The position numbers were made by a program, and so were the translations under genes. From Leucoraja ocellata (taxonomy: Eukaryota): DNA of 64,000 nucleotides. Location of the stretch: positions 1,302,001 to 1,366,000 of the forward strand of contig JAWMAR010000030.1 in assembly GCA_036785375.1 (NCBI GenBank). Direction: 5' to 3'. The notes below the pieces were generated by a model. It did not search any database and had not been told where the DNA came from. It was given only the letters and a program-made list of their open reading frames with translations. This document shows, in pieces, positions 12,870-24,270 of the stretch (position 1 is its first letter; each line of letters begins with the position of its first letter).

Positions 12870-13822
12870 TAGCTGGGCGCACACTGTACAATAGACACAA
12901 GGAACTACAGATGCTGGTTTACAAAAAATATAAGGCACTGGAGCAACTTAGCAGGACAGGCGACATTGCTGAAAGACATGGACAGGTGACGTTTCAGGTT
13001 GTGACCCTTCATAAAGCTATAACACAACAACACCCTTGCTTTAAAGGATAGGTGATTAAAATATATCTCAACCCAAAGCTAAAAAGGTTACAATTTCTCC
13101 CGGAAAATGTGGAAAACTCCCTCTCCTAATTAACACTCCATTCAATAACATTAATTGCTTTGAAATGTAATCAATAACTAAAAACTGAATTTCACAACCA
13201 TGAGGAGCTTCCCTTGACATCACTCCATCAATTGTATTATCAAGGAGCCCTGGTAAAATTGAAGTCATGGAAATCAAGCAAGAAACTGATGGAGAATGGC
13301 TGCAGAAGAGCAATGACTTCCCATCGAGAAAAAACCCTCAGGGCTTACGTGTCAACCGTCTTTCTGTCAGTTCCATACATTGGGCACTTTATTTTTCTCT
13401 CTCAGAAATAATTTCAATTTAAAATTATTCGAGCTTTGCATTGCTCAGAATAGCTTGCTGGTAGCTGCCCAATCAGCTTAAGTACATGACATAGATATAT
13501 TGAAAGAATCATCGCTTCGCAAGTTTGATCACAACATTACCGATCTAAATTACAAAGATTTCTGTCACACAGATACTGGGGAGAAGAGAAAGAAAAGCAA
13601 CACAAACTGGAATGTAAAAACAGGAGATTTCAAATTCTCATGACGAACATCTATAGAAGGAATAAAATCTAGAACAATAAAGGCCGAGGAGAAATTAGTC
13701 CCCTGAAATTGCATATTAACAGTTGGTCAAAGAAACTGAAAGAAGGAGGTTTTTGTATCTGTCTCGTGCTTGTTTTATTAAAATATGCCAGAAAGGTTAG
13801 ACTAACTGTATATAGAATGTAC

Positions 13823-13927
13823 CTTATGTTCGTACATATAGACATGTCCAAAGCCCCCTGCTCCAAGGCGTTCCTTTAGATCCCAAGGCCCACTTGTCGG
13901 AACCTGCCTAAAGGGGGGCTTCTCCAT
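13823..13927 (-). CDS. CHUK: CHUK first coding exon (start codon, glycine-rich loop)
   Basis: ATG at 13927-13925; MEKPPFRQVPTSGPWDLKERLGAGGFGHVYMYEHK (105 nt); GT donor at 13822. A TTTCAG acceptor 21 nt upstream of the ATG suggests the exon begins at 13948. Confidence 0.94.
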
Positions 13928-15149
13928 TCTCGGTCAGAATCTTCAACACTGAAATTACAAAAATACCAACTTATCATTGAAGCCATATGAGAAATTTAAA
14001 TCACAAATAAAACAACCAAAATAAATTGAAACACTGCACAATACAGTTTCTACTTCAACTTCTCTTTCTCAACTGCATTTCTAACAGTAAATGGCAAAGA
14101 TTAAGGATGCAAGTGAGAATAGCAGTGGAACTTTAACTCAAGTCAGGGGGAAAATAAAATCATGATCCACAGAATTGTGGTCTTCAAACAGCCCACATGT
14201 ATTGGTGATTTTCCCCTATGCAGTGAATATTCATTTCCAAGGAAAAGTAAGAGAAAGATCTTGAGTTCACTTATGAAAAATTGTTTGGCTACTGAGTAAA
14301 AGCATGGGAGGAAACAGGCACAGGTGGAAATGAGGTATTCTGCCCTGAATAATTAACATATTTTTCCAGAGATGCTCTCTGACCTGTTGAGTTACTCCAG
14401 CTTTTTGTGTCTATCTTCTACCTTTTAAAAGTATCTGCTGTTTTGCACATCATTTATTTACTGATACAAAGTACAATAACAGAGTTAAGAGCTGGTGGAA
14501 GCAGCACCAGGAAGAGAGCGTGAAAGAGATTGATTGGTTCAGGAAGACAGACAGAAATGCTGGAGAAACTCAGCAGGAAAGGCAGCATTTCTGGAAAGAA
14601 GGAATGGGTGACACTTCAGGTCAAGACCCTTCTTCCAACTGAGAGTCAGGGGAGAGGAAAACTGGAGATATGGAAGGGATGGTGATCAAGGAAATGTACA
14701 ATGGTTCATTATTGGCTGAAAGGAAGGTATCAACAAAGCATGCAAAGAGTAGAATTAATCAGGAGGACAGTGCTGGTATTGAACCCAGAACACTGACGGT
14801 TAGCCTGAAGGAGGACAAGCAAACTCCACACACACAGATCAAAACAGATGATGATCAAGGAAATGTAGAATCGTTCATTGTTTGCTGTGGGGAAGGTGAC
14901 AACCTGGCGTACAATCAGTAAAGACATTTAAGGTCGAGGTCTTGACTCGAAACGTCACCCATTCCTTCTCTCCAGAGATGCTGCCTGTCCAGCTGAGTTA
15001 CACCAGCTTTTTGCGTCTATCTTCGGTTTAAACCAGCATCTGCAGTTCCTTCTGAAACAATCAGTTAAATTAACCAGGGGGGCAGTTGAACTAGTTAGAT
15101 AATTAGGATGGGGAAGGGACAGAATGGGAAAGCCAGGGTTACTGAGGGA

Positions 15150-15562
15150 TCGGCCTGAAGGAGGACATGCAAACTCCACACATAAAGCATCCCAGGCTGG
15201 GATTGAACCTGGGACCCTGCGGCCTGGAGGAGGGCATGCAAACTCCACACAGACAGCACCCCCGGGCTGGAATTGAACCCGGGACCCTGCGGCCTGAAGG
15301 AGGCCAAGCAAACTCCACAAAGGCAGCACCCCCGGGCTGGAATTGAACCCGGGACCCTGCGGCCTGAAGGAGTACAAGCAAACTCCACAAAGACAGCACC
15401 CCCGGGCTGGGATTGAACCCGGGACCCTGAAGGAGGACAAGCAAACTCCACACAGACAGCGCCCCCAGGCTGGGATTGAACCCGGGACCCTGCGGCCTGA
15501 AGGAGGACATGTAAACTCCACAAAGACAGCGCCCCCGGGCTGGGATTGAACCCGGGACCCTG
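15150..15562 (-). repeat. ~70-bp minisatellite (about 6 copies) derived from a SINE head
   Basis: Unit CGGCCTGAAGGAGGACAAGCAAACTCCACACAGACAGCACCCCCGGGCTGGGATTGAACCCGGGACCCTG (period 70, e.g. 15290 and 15360). It contains the B-box and the start of the V-domain of the local SINE on the minus strand. Confidence 0.85.
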
Positions 15563-15830
15563 GCGGATCGGCCTGGAGCCGCGGGTGGTGTGCGGGGCAG
15601 GAAGGTGAGCGCCGGCGGGGTCACGGTGGGGCGTTGGGGCGGAGGAGGGGTGGGGAGAGCCGGGCCTAACCTACCTACCGTGAGGGGGGGCCTGGGCCTG
15701 GGCCTACCGCCACTGCCGTCGTCACCGCATCCCGTCCCGTCCACAACCGGCTCCCGCGCCTGCGTCAGCGCCCGACCCAGGCATGCTGGGAGTTGGAGTC
15801 CATTACACTGCGCCTGCGCGTTCACCCTTC
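15563..15830 (-). promoter_or_regulatory. GC/CpG-rich promoter and probable non-coding exon 1 of CHUK
   Basis: The only strongly GC-rich, CpG-dense island near the gene. Minus-strand donor candidates CG|GTAGGT at 15678 and CG|GTAGGC at 15707. ZNF143/THAP11 SBS-like GCATGCTGGGAGTTGGAGT at 15781-15799. NRF1-like TGCGCCTGCGCG at 15809-15820. Confidence 0.75.
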
Positions 15831-15902
15831 AGTGAAACAATGCGTTTCGAGATGTCTTCACTTTGTATCTTTTGTTGTTGTACTTCGTCTGCACTTTGTA
15901 CG

Positions 15903-16455
15903 TCAAGTCAAGTCGCATTTATTTATATAGCACATTTAAAAAACAACTCTCGTTGGCCAAAGTGCTTTAAATGTGTTATTAGAATAGTACAACAAAAACA
16001 GACTACATTGCTAATGCTTTTTCTCAGGGTAACCAATTTGTTTGGAAAGATATAGGTTATTAGTATATAAGTTATAATGTTATTTGATCCACATTTCATA
16101 CCAGTTGGTGACGGTAATGCACTAAAATGTTGTTTGCCAACCGCCAAAAAAAACGACATAGAAGAAGAACAGACTACATCATGCAGCCTTCACTCAGTGG
16201 ACGTCAGGAAAGGCTTGGGAGTATAGATAAGTCTTTAGTCTCGACTTAAAAGAGTCGATGGAGGGGGCAGTTATGATGGGAAGAGGGATGCTGTTCCACA
16301 GCCTGGGTGCTGCAACCGCAAAGGCGCGGTCGTCCCTGAGCTTATGCCTAGACAGTGGGATATTCAGCAACCCCAAGTCGGCCGATCTGAGGGGCCTGGA
16401 GGTGGAGTGGTGGGTGAGAAGACTTTTTATGTAGGTGGGGGCAAGCCCATTGAGG
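15903..16455 (-). mobile_element. L2-clade LINE 3' fragment
   Basis: ORF 16194..16376 reads DRAFAVAAPRLWNSIP...SIDSFKSRLKTYLY; L2-type tail ...GTGCTATATAAATAAATGCGACTTGACTTGAC on the minus strand. Confidence 0.8.
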
Positions 16456-17719
16456 TTACATAAACGTTGTTACAGTTTAATGTGTGTATGTCTTCGGTTT
16501 AAACCAGCATCTGCAGTTCCTTCCTACACAATAGGAACAGCAGATGCTGGTTTAAACCGAAGACATACACACAACAAGCTGGAGTAACTCAACGGGACAC
16601 GCAGCATCTCTGGGGAGAAGGAATGGGTGACGTTTCGGGTCGAGACCCGTTGCTGTCAATCTTCGTTGTAAACCAGTATCTACAGTATCTAAAGTTCCTT
16701 ACAGAAACGTTGCCCATTTCCTTGCTCCACAGATGCTGCACCCGCTGAGTTTCTCCAGCTTTTTTGTGTACCTTCGATTTTCCAGCATCTGCAGTTCCTT
16801 CTTACACTCTACAGTTCCTATTGATGCTTTTCGTCATCTCGTTCATGTTTTGACCAAAGGAAGGAACTGCAGATGCTGGTTTACTCATTCATGCAGGGGT
16901 TTACTTTTTTTTAAAAAAGAACAATTGCAAAATCAGCAGAAGGGTGAACATGCACAAAACACTGTTCAGCAGCCCATTATGAGAAATACAAATCGGCTTT
17001 TCTTACTATTATTGCCCTTCAGGATTATTTAAAAAAACAAGACTTTCAAATAAGATTTTCATCATATGTACCTATCCGTATTTGTACAGGTGGCAATAGG
17101 CTTGACGATGTATAATTTGCCTAATATTGTTTCGATCGACGACAAAACAAAGCTTGGAAATAAGAAAAGGGCGTCAGGCAAAAATGATGCCTGCGAGACT
17201 GAAATACTGAGAGGATACTTTATAGACTGCAGATGCTGGAAGCTGGAGCAACGCAAAAATTGTTCCGGGAACGTCAGCGGGCAGCATCTGTGGAGGTAAA
17301 AAGGTAGTCGATGTTTTGGGCTAAGATTCTGCATCAGGAGATCGTTCAGTTATATTGCTCATAGAATCCATTACAATGTTGGCTTCTGTCAGCTGAACTA
17401 GCACAAATCAACTCTGCACAAAGTGCTGGTGGAACAATGCGTCAGCAGCATTTGTGGAGGGAATGGACAGGCGATATAGTTTTTAGTTAGGACCCTTCAC
17501 ACCCTGTCAATCTCTCTGCCTGATGTATTTTCGAACATTATAATTATGGCGACACTATTGTAACATCGATAACGTGCCCTCCAGACCAATTGTAGTTATA
17601 ATGCTATGTCTTGCTTACCTTTCAATATCTAGGTGAGTGGAAACAATGTTGTATAGTAGCAATACTCCACGAATGTTTCATCTTTATGTATCAATAGAGT
17701 ATCTCTCATATGTGCAGGA

Positions 17720-17925
17720 AAAAACTGCAGATGGTTCAAATCGAAGGTAGACACAGAATGCTGGAGTAACTCGGCGGGACAGGTAGCATCTCTGGAGAAA
17801 AGTAATGGGTGACGTTTCGGGTCGATACCCTTCTTCAGACTGATCCGAAACGTCACCCATCCCTTCTCTCCAGAGATGCTGCCTGTCCCGGCTGAGTTAC
17901 TTCAGCATTTTGTGTCTACCTCCGA
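17720..17925. mobile_element. Inverted (foldback) pair of Penelope-type pLTR remnants
   Basis: 17745-17820 is the near reverse complement of 17845-17920. An intact hammerhead-like core lies on the minus strand at 17809-17840. Confidence 0.65.
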
Positions 17926-18619
17926 GTATTTTTCACTTGCTGTTACATAGGACCCGTCCCTCAGTAGCCTGTGGTAGTACTATCTGGGTTGCAGTCCTTT
18001 CCCTCAGAGTGCGGTGCGGTGCCGTGACAACAAACAAACCCCTCGCTGGACCTTCTTGGTAAACAGTTACGGAGTCAGACATAGGTAGGAAAGTCTCTTT
18101 AGCCCAATTCGACCTTAACGACCAAGATGCCTTTTCTCAGAGAGTTTCATTTGTTTCAGACCCTTTAAAACTTTTCTATCTATCCGCCTGTCCAAATGTA
18201 TTTCAAATGTTGTTGCTGTTAAAGAAAGGAAGACAACTGTCTCATCCGCACCTCAGCCAACTCAAGTGTAAGCTGCGATTGGTGAGGGGGCAGCAGCTGT
18301 GCGTTAAAGGTGATGATCTGATCTGGCGGGCTTTTTTCATGGGGCAAGGAAGTTTAAAAATTAGAGGGGACTGGTTGAGGCAAAAGAAGAAAGGATTAAT
18401 GTGCAAATCTGTAATATATATTTCTTAAATTAAAAAAAAAAGATGTTATGCATAAAACACATAATACAGGAGATAAATATGTTACATGAATACATAACTG
18501 TGTCATCAAATCAATATGTTCAATTTACAAAGCCCATTAATACTGAGATATGTTGACAACATATAAGGCTCCTGACAACGAACATTTTATTTCTGAATAA
18601 CAATGATAAGATTAATGTA

Positions 18620-21600
18620 GAAATTATATTTTACTCAACGTTTTTTTTAAATTCAAGTATTTTTCAATCGAGGTGTTTGATTACTCGACGTGTCTTTACT
18701 CGGGGTAGTTTTATAGTCGATGTGGGTTTATTTAACTTGTGGGACTTTTTACTCGAGGTGTGTTTTTTAGTCGAGGCGGGCTTTTTATTCGTTTTTTTTT
18801 AATCGAGGTATATTTTGTAACGGTGAGTTTTTTTTAACTCGAGGTGTGATTTTTACTTGGGGCGGGCTTTTTACTCGTTTATATATACTCCCCAGGTATA
18901 TTTTGTAATTCGGTGGGATTTTTACTCGAGATGTGTATTAAAATAATTTTAACTCGTCAGAGTCGAGGTTATTTTTTCACTCGTCGTGGGATATTTTATT
19001 CTAGGTGCTTTTTTTTTTACTCGAGATGAGTTTTTTTTACTTGAGGCCGGCTCTTAAACTCGTTTCTTTTGATCGAGGTTTCTCTGCTTTTTTACTCAAA
19101 GTGTGATTTTTAGTTGAGGTGTGTTTTTAATCGAGGCGAGCTTTTTACTCCTGTTATTTTTTAATAGAAGAATAATTTTAGGCTTTTAATCTTTCCTCCC
19201 GAGATGTGTTTTTTGTTTAAACTCTTTTTTAGTCGAGGCGGGCTATTTACTCGTTTTTGTATTGAATATAACTCGGTGGTATTTTTACTCGAGGTGTGAT
19301 ATTTAACTGGGCGTGTTTTTTCTATAGTTTTTTAAGTCGAGGTGGGCATTTTACTCGTGGTTTCCTTTAGCTCGAGGTATTTTAACTCGGTATGCTTTTA
19401 ACGTGTGTTTTTACTCCAGACGGGCTTTTTTATTCGAGATGTATTTTTTTAATCAAGGCGGGCATTTTAATTATGGTTTCTTTTAACTCGAGCTGTGCTT
19501 TTTGCTCGTTTTTTTCACTCGTTAGTTGTTTTACCAATGGTGTTTCTGTTGCTGGGCGGTGGTTGTTTAATCAGGTGCAAAGAGGGTGTTTAGGCGGGCT
19601 GCTTGTTTACTGGAGCAGGTTGTTTACATAACGGGTTGTCCACTCCAGCTGTACTTGCGACGCGCGCCGGCTTCGAGAACTTTCTCCGCCTCGGTTTCCC
19701 GCTCAAAAAACTGTTCTTGCTAATTGGACGAAGCCCGAAGTCCGATCAGCGCTGGCGGCGAGTGCAGCGAGTGTTTAAAAGGCGGACGGGACCGGCTCTC
19801 ACCTCCAGTCACAGAGCCGCTCTGGTGAAGACACGTCGTGGTCACCAGCTCCCATTGCTAGCCCATGTACCTCGTTGGTTATTCTTGGTTTTTCGTGGTA
19901 GGTTTTATTTTTAAATATGTGATTTTTATTCCAGTTAAGTGTTTTACGTTAGGCGGGCTTTTTACTCGAGAAATTTTTTTTAAACACGGTGAGAATTTCA
20001 AGGTGTGATTTTTAGTCGAGGCGGCTTTTTTACGTGATTTTTTTTTCCCCCTCAAGATATTTTTTTTTTTGTCGAAGCCAGCTTTGTACTGGAGATGGAC
20101 GTTTGCTGAGTCAAGTCGGGCTTTTTGGTCGTGCTTTTTTAACCCACGGTATTAAAAACAACATTTTGCTATGTGTTTTGTAACTCAATGTACTTTTTAC
20201 TCGGGGCTTGTTTCTCAGTAAAAGGTGGGAATTTGACTCGTTAGTTGTGACTCGGGGCGTGTGTTTTTTTTTTAACTCAAGATGGGTTTTTTAACTCGAT
20301 GTGATTTTTTTTAAAGTCTTTGTTTATTATATTCCTAATTTATTTTACTCGGTGTGTTGTTTACCTCAAGGGTTTTTTTTTTAGTCGTGATGTTGTTTTT
20401 AGTCGATGCGAGCTTTCTTTACTGGTGATTTCTATTGATTCTACATACGTTTTTAACTCGTGTGTTTTTACTCGACCTGTGCTTTCCCCTCGAGTTGGTT
20501 GTTTTACTCGAGGAGTTTTTGTAAGTCGAGTCAGGTGGGTGTTTACTGGATCAGGTTGTTTACATAACGGGTTGTCCACTCGAGCTGTACTTGAGACGCG
20601 CGCAGGCTTCGGAAACTTTCTCCGCCTCGGTTTCCCGCTCAAAAAACCTCTTGTTAATTGGACGAAGTCCGATCAGCGCTGGCGGCGGGTGCAGCGAGTG
20701 TTTAAAGGCGGACGGGTCCGGCTCTCACCTCCAGTCACAGAGCCGCTCTGGTGAAGACACATCGTGGTCGCCAGCTCCCATTGCTAGCCCATGTACCTCG
20801 TTGGTTATTCTTGTTTTTTCGTGGTATGTTTTATTTTTAACTGCGCTTTTTATTCCATTTAAGTGTTTTACTTTAGGCGGGCTTTTTATTCGAGATAAAG
20901 ATATGTTTTTTTTTTTAACACGGCAGGAATTTTATTCGAGGTGTGATTTTTAGTCGAGGCGGCTTTTTTACGTGATTTTTTTTTTCCTCAAGATGGGTTT
21001 TTTTTTGTCGAAGCCAGCTTTGTACTGGAGATGGGCGTTTGCCGAGTCGAGGCGGGCTTTTTACTCGTGCTTTTTTTTAACCCACGGTTTAAAAAACAAC
21101 CGTTTTGCTATGTGTTTTGTAACTCAATGTACTTATTACCCGAGGCTTATTTCTCAGTAAAAGGTGGGGCTCGTTCTTTGTGACTCGGGGCGTGTGTTTT
21201 TTAACTCAAGATGTGCTTTTTTAAAATATTTGTTTATTTTATCTAATTTATTTTACACGGTGTGTTTACCTCGAGGGCTTTTTTTTTAGTCGTGATGTGT
21301 TTTTTTTTAGTCGAGGCGAGCTTTCTTTACTGGTGATTTCTATTTATTCGTTTTTTAGTCGACCTGTGCTTTCTTCTCAAGTTGGCTGTTTTACTTGAGA
21401 AGTTTTTGTAAGTTGAGTCTGGTAGGTGTTTAGGCGGGGCAGGTTGTGTACTGGAGCAGGTTGTTTACATGAGGGGCTGTCCGCTAGTGCTGTGTTTATG
21501 GCGGGGCAGGTTGTTTACACGAGGGGCTGTCCGCTAGTGCTGCACCTGTGGCGGGGCGGTTTGTGTACTGGAGCAGGTTGTTTACATTAGGGGTTGTCCA

Positions 21601-22490
21601 CTAGTGCTGTATTTATGGCGGGGCAGGTTGTTTACACGAGGGGCTGTCCGCTAGTGCTGCACCTGTGGCGGGCGCGGGCTTCGTCGACAGCGGAAACTTT
21701 CTCCGCTTCGGGTTCCCGCTCAAAAATCTCCTCTGGTTCATTAGACGAAGCCCGTCGACCGATCAGAGTTGAATGCTCTTGTTTTTACTCGAGGTATACA
21801 TTGTTTTTTAACTCTATTTTCATTTTACTTGAGTTTAGGCTGTGTTACTTGAGAAGTTACTCCTTAAAAAAAAAAAAAATCCAAGATATGTATTTTTAAC
21901 GCGAGTTTTTTTTTAAACTGGTTTATAGTCGAGGCCGGCCTTTTACTCGAGATGGGTTTTTTGGTCAAGGCGAGCTTTTTACTCTAACTGGAGTTTAAAA
22001 TTATTTTTTACTCGGTATAATTTTTACTCGGTGTTGTAACTCGATGTATTTGAAGTTTTTTTGACGAGGTGTTTGGGGGAAGGGGGGGGGGGGGTGCTCG
22101 CCCATGTTACACACTGGTTACTCTGGTTTTTAATTACATGAATAGGGTTTTTTAACCTCGATGTGCACGTTTTTACTCCAGTTTTTTTTTACTTTAACTT
22201 AACTTTTTAACTGGCTTTTTACTCGTTTTATTTACTTGGGGTATGTTTTTTTTTATCGGTGGGATTTTTATTTAAAGTGTGAAGCAGTTTTAACATTTTT
22301 TTACCTCAGATTATCTTTTTAAGTCAGGGCGGGCTTTTTACTTGTGAATTTTTCCAGCTATTTATTGGAGATGGATGTTTGCTTAGTTGAGGTGGGGTTT
22401 TTACTCGTGCTCTTGCGTTTTTTAATTTGATGTGTGCTTTTTTTTCTCTCAAGGTGTGTTTTGGTCGAGGTGGACTTTTAACTCGTGAGG
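18620..22490. repeat. Degenerate T-rich tandem array (TTTTACTCGAGG / TTTTAGTCGAGGCGGGC motifs) containing a ~935-bp tandem duplication
   Basis: Dozens of T-run + (AC/AG)TCGAGG motifs. Matching anchors at 19626/20562, 20154/21091 and 20211/21151 give a period of about 930-940 bp. Confidence 0.85.
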
Positions 22491-23128
22491 ATGTGAATCT
22501 GTGCACAGTCCGTGCCATGAGCCACCATTTTACCCGAAGACATTGGCGTGTCTGTATACCTAACCCGCCTGGTCCAACCATAGCTCTTGAAAGAGCCAGC
22601 GAAGGTAAGGTGCAGGAATAAGCCCTTGGGGGCCCATTGGCAGTGGACAGTCCTCACTTGAGGCTGCCAAACATGGTGAGTATGATAACTGTGTTGATGG
22701 GTGTGTTACAAGGGAACCGGTTCAAGGGTCTGACTAGTAGACCAGAAAAAGGCTCTCTCATCTGTTTATTTACAAATCAGATTTATTGGCAAGAGAGAAC
22801 AAACACAATACTTGTCTTGGTATGCGCGAGTCTGTTTTACAGCAGCACACCTCTCTGCCTCCGTCTGTGGCGCTGATTGTGACAGCCTGTTGGTGAGCTT
22901 ACGTGTACATGAACTAACTTATGGCTTTCTGGCATCTGCCTTTATACAGGTAAAAAATCAGCTGTTGAAATAACCACCAGCAAGTCCTGGTCAATGGTGC
23001 TGCTCCCATATTCAAACTATAACTAATGGCAGTGGACTGCATCTCAGCAAGCCCTGCCCCTCCCTCCTTTGGGAACAAAGTGCTATCAGCTGCAGACTGG
23101 CACGTAAAGCAATACATGTAGCGCTAAA

Positions 23129-24270
23129 GACTTGGTGCGTAAATCAATGCAGAGCTACCGACTTGGTGGACAAATCAATGCACAGAGCTGCAAACATGGT
23201 GTACAAATCAATGCACAGAGCTACAAACTTGGTGTACAAATCAATGCACAGTTACAAACGGTGTGCAAATCAATGCACAGAGCTACAAACTTGGTGTACA
23301 AATCAATGCACAGAGCTACAGACTTGGTGCGCAAATCAATGCACAGAGCTACAAACTTGGTGTGCAAATCAATGCACAGTTACGAACTTGGTGTGCAAAT
23401 TAATGCACAGCTACAGACTTGGTGTACAAATCAATGCACAGTTACAGACTTGGTGTACAAATTAATGCACAGAGCTACAGACTTGGTGCGCAAATCAATG
23501 CACAGTTACAAACTTGGTGTGCAAATCAATGCACAGAGCTACAGACTTGGTGTACAAATCAATGCACAGTTACAGACTTGGTGTACAAATTAATGCACAG
23601 AGCTACAAACGGTGTACAATTCAATGCACAGTTACGAACTTGGTGCGCAAATCAATGCACAGAGCTACAGATTTGGTGTACAAATTAATGCACAGACTTG
23701 GTGTGCAAATTAATGCACAGTTACGAACTTGGTGCGCAAATTAATGCACAGCTACAGACTTGGTGTACAAATTAATGCACAGAGCTACAGACTTGGTGTA
23801 CAAATCAATTCACAGAACTACTAACTTGGTGCACAAATCAATGCACAGAGCTACAGACTTGATGTACAAATCAATGCACAGGGCTGCAAACTTGGTGCGC
23901 AAATCAATGCACAGAGCTGCAAACCTGGTGTACAAATCCATACACACAGAGCTAAAGACGGCAGCTCAAATCAATTCACACAGCGATACAGACTTGGTGT
24001 GTAAAGGTAATACACGGCACTGCCAGTTTGGTGTGCAAAGGTTTAAACAATGCTGTCGGCTTAACCCTCAGAAATTTAAACAAAGAGCTATTGGCTGCAT
24101 TGCTTTGGGTTCTAAATATAGCGTTACTAGCCACAGCACATTGGGCTTTAAACACAACGCTATGGTACAAACTTGGTGTGCAAATAAATGCACAGTTACA
24201 AACTTGGTGTGCAAATAAATGCACAGAGCTACAGACTTGGTGCGTAAAGGTAATACACGGTTCTGCCAGT
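23129..24270. repeat. 31/33-bp minisatellite (about 25-30 units)
   Basis: Units ACTTGGTGTACAAATCAATGCACAGAGCTACAG (33 bp) and ...GCACAGTTACAG (31 bp) are interspersed; the array degenerates after ~23950. Confidence 0.93.

Noticed and set aside
14955-15835. Long ORFs of 142-228 aa over the promoter region
   Set aside because: They arise from the 70-bp GC-rich minisatellite and the CpG island; the peptides are repetitive in all frames and the true CHUK ATG is at 13927.
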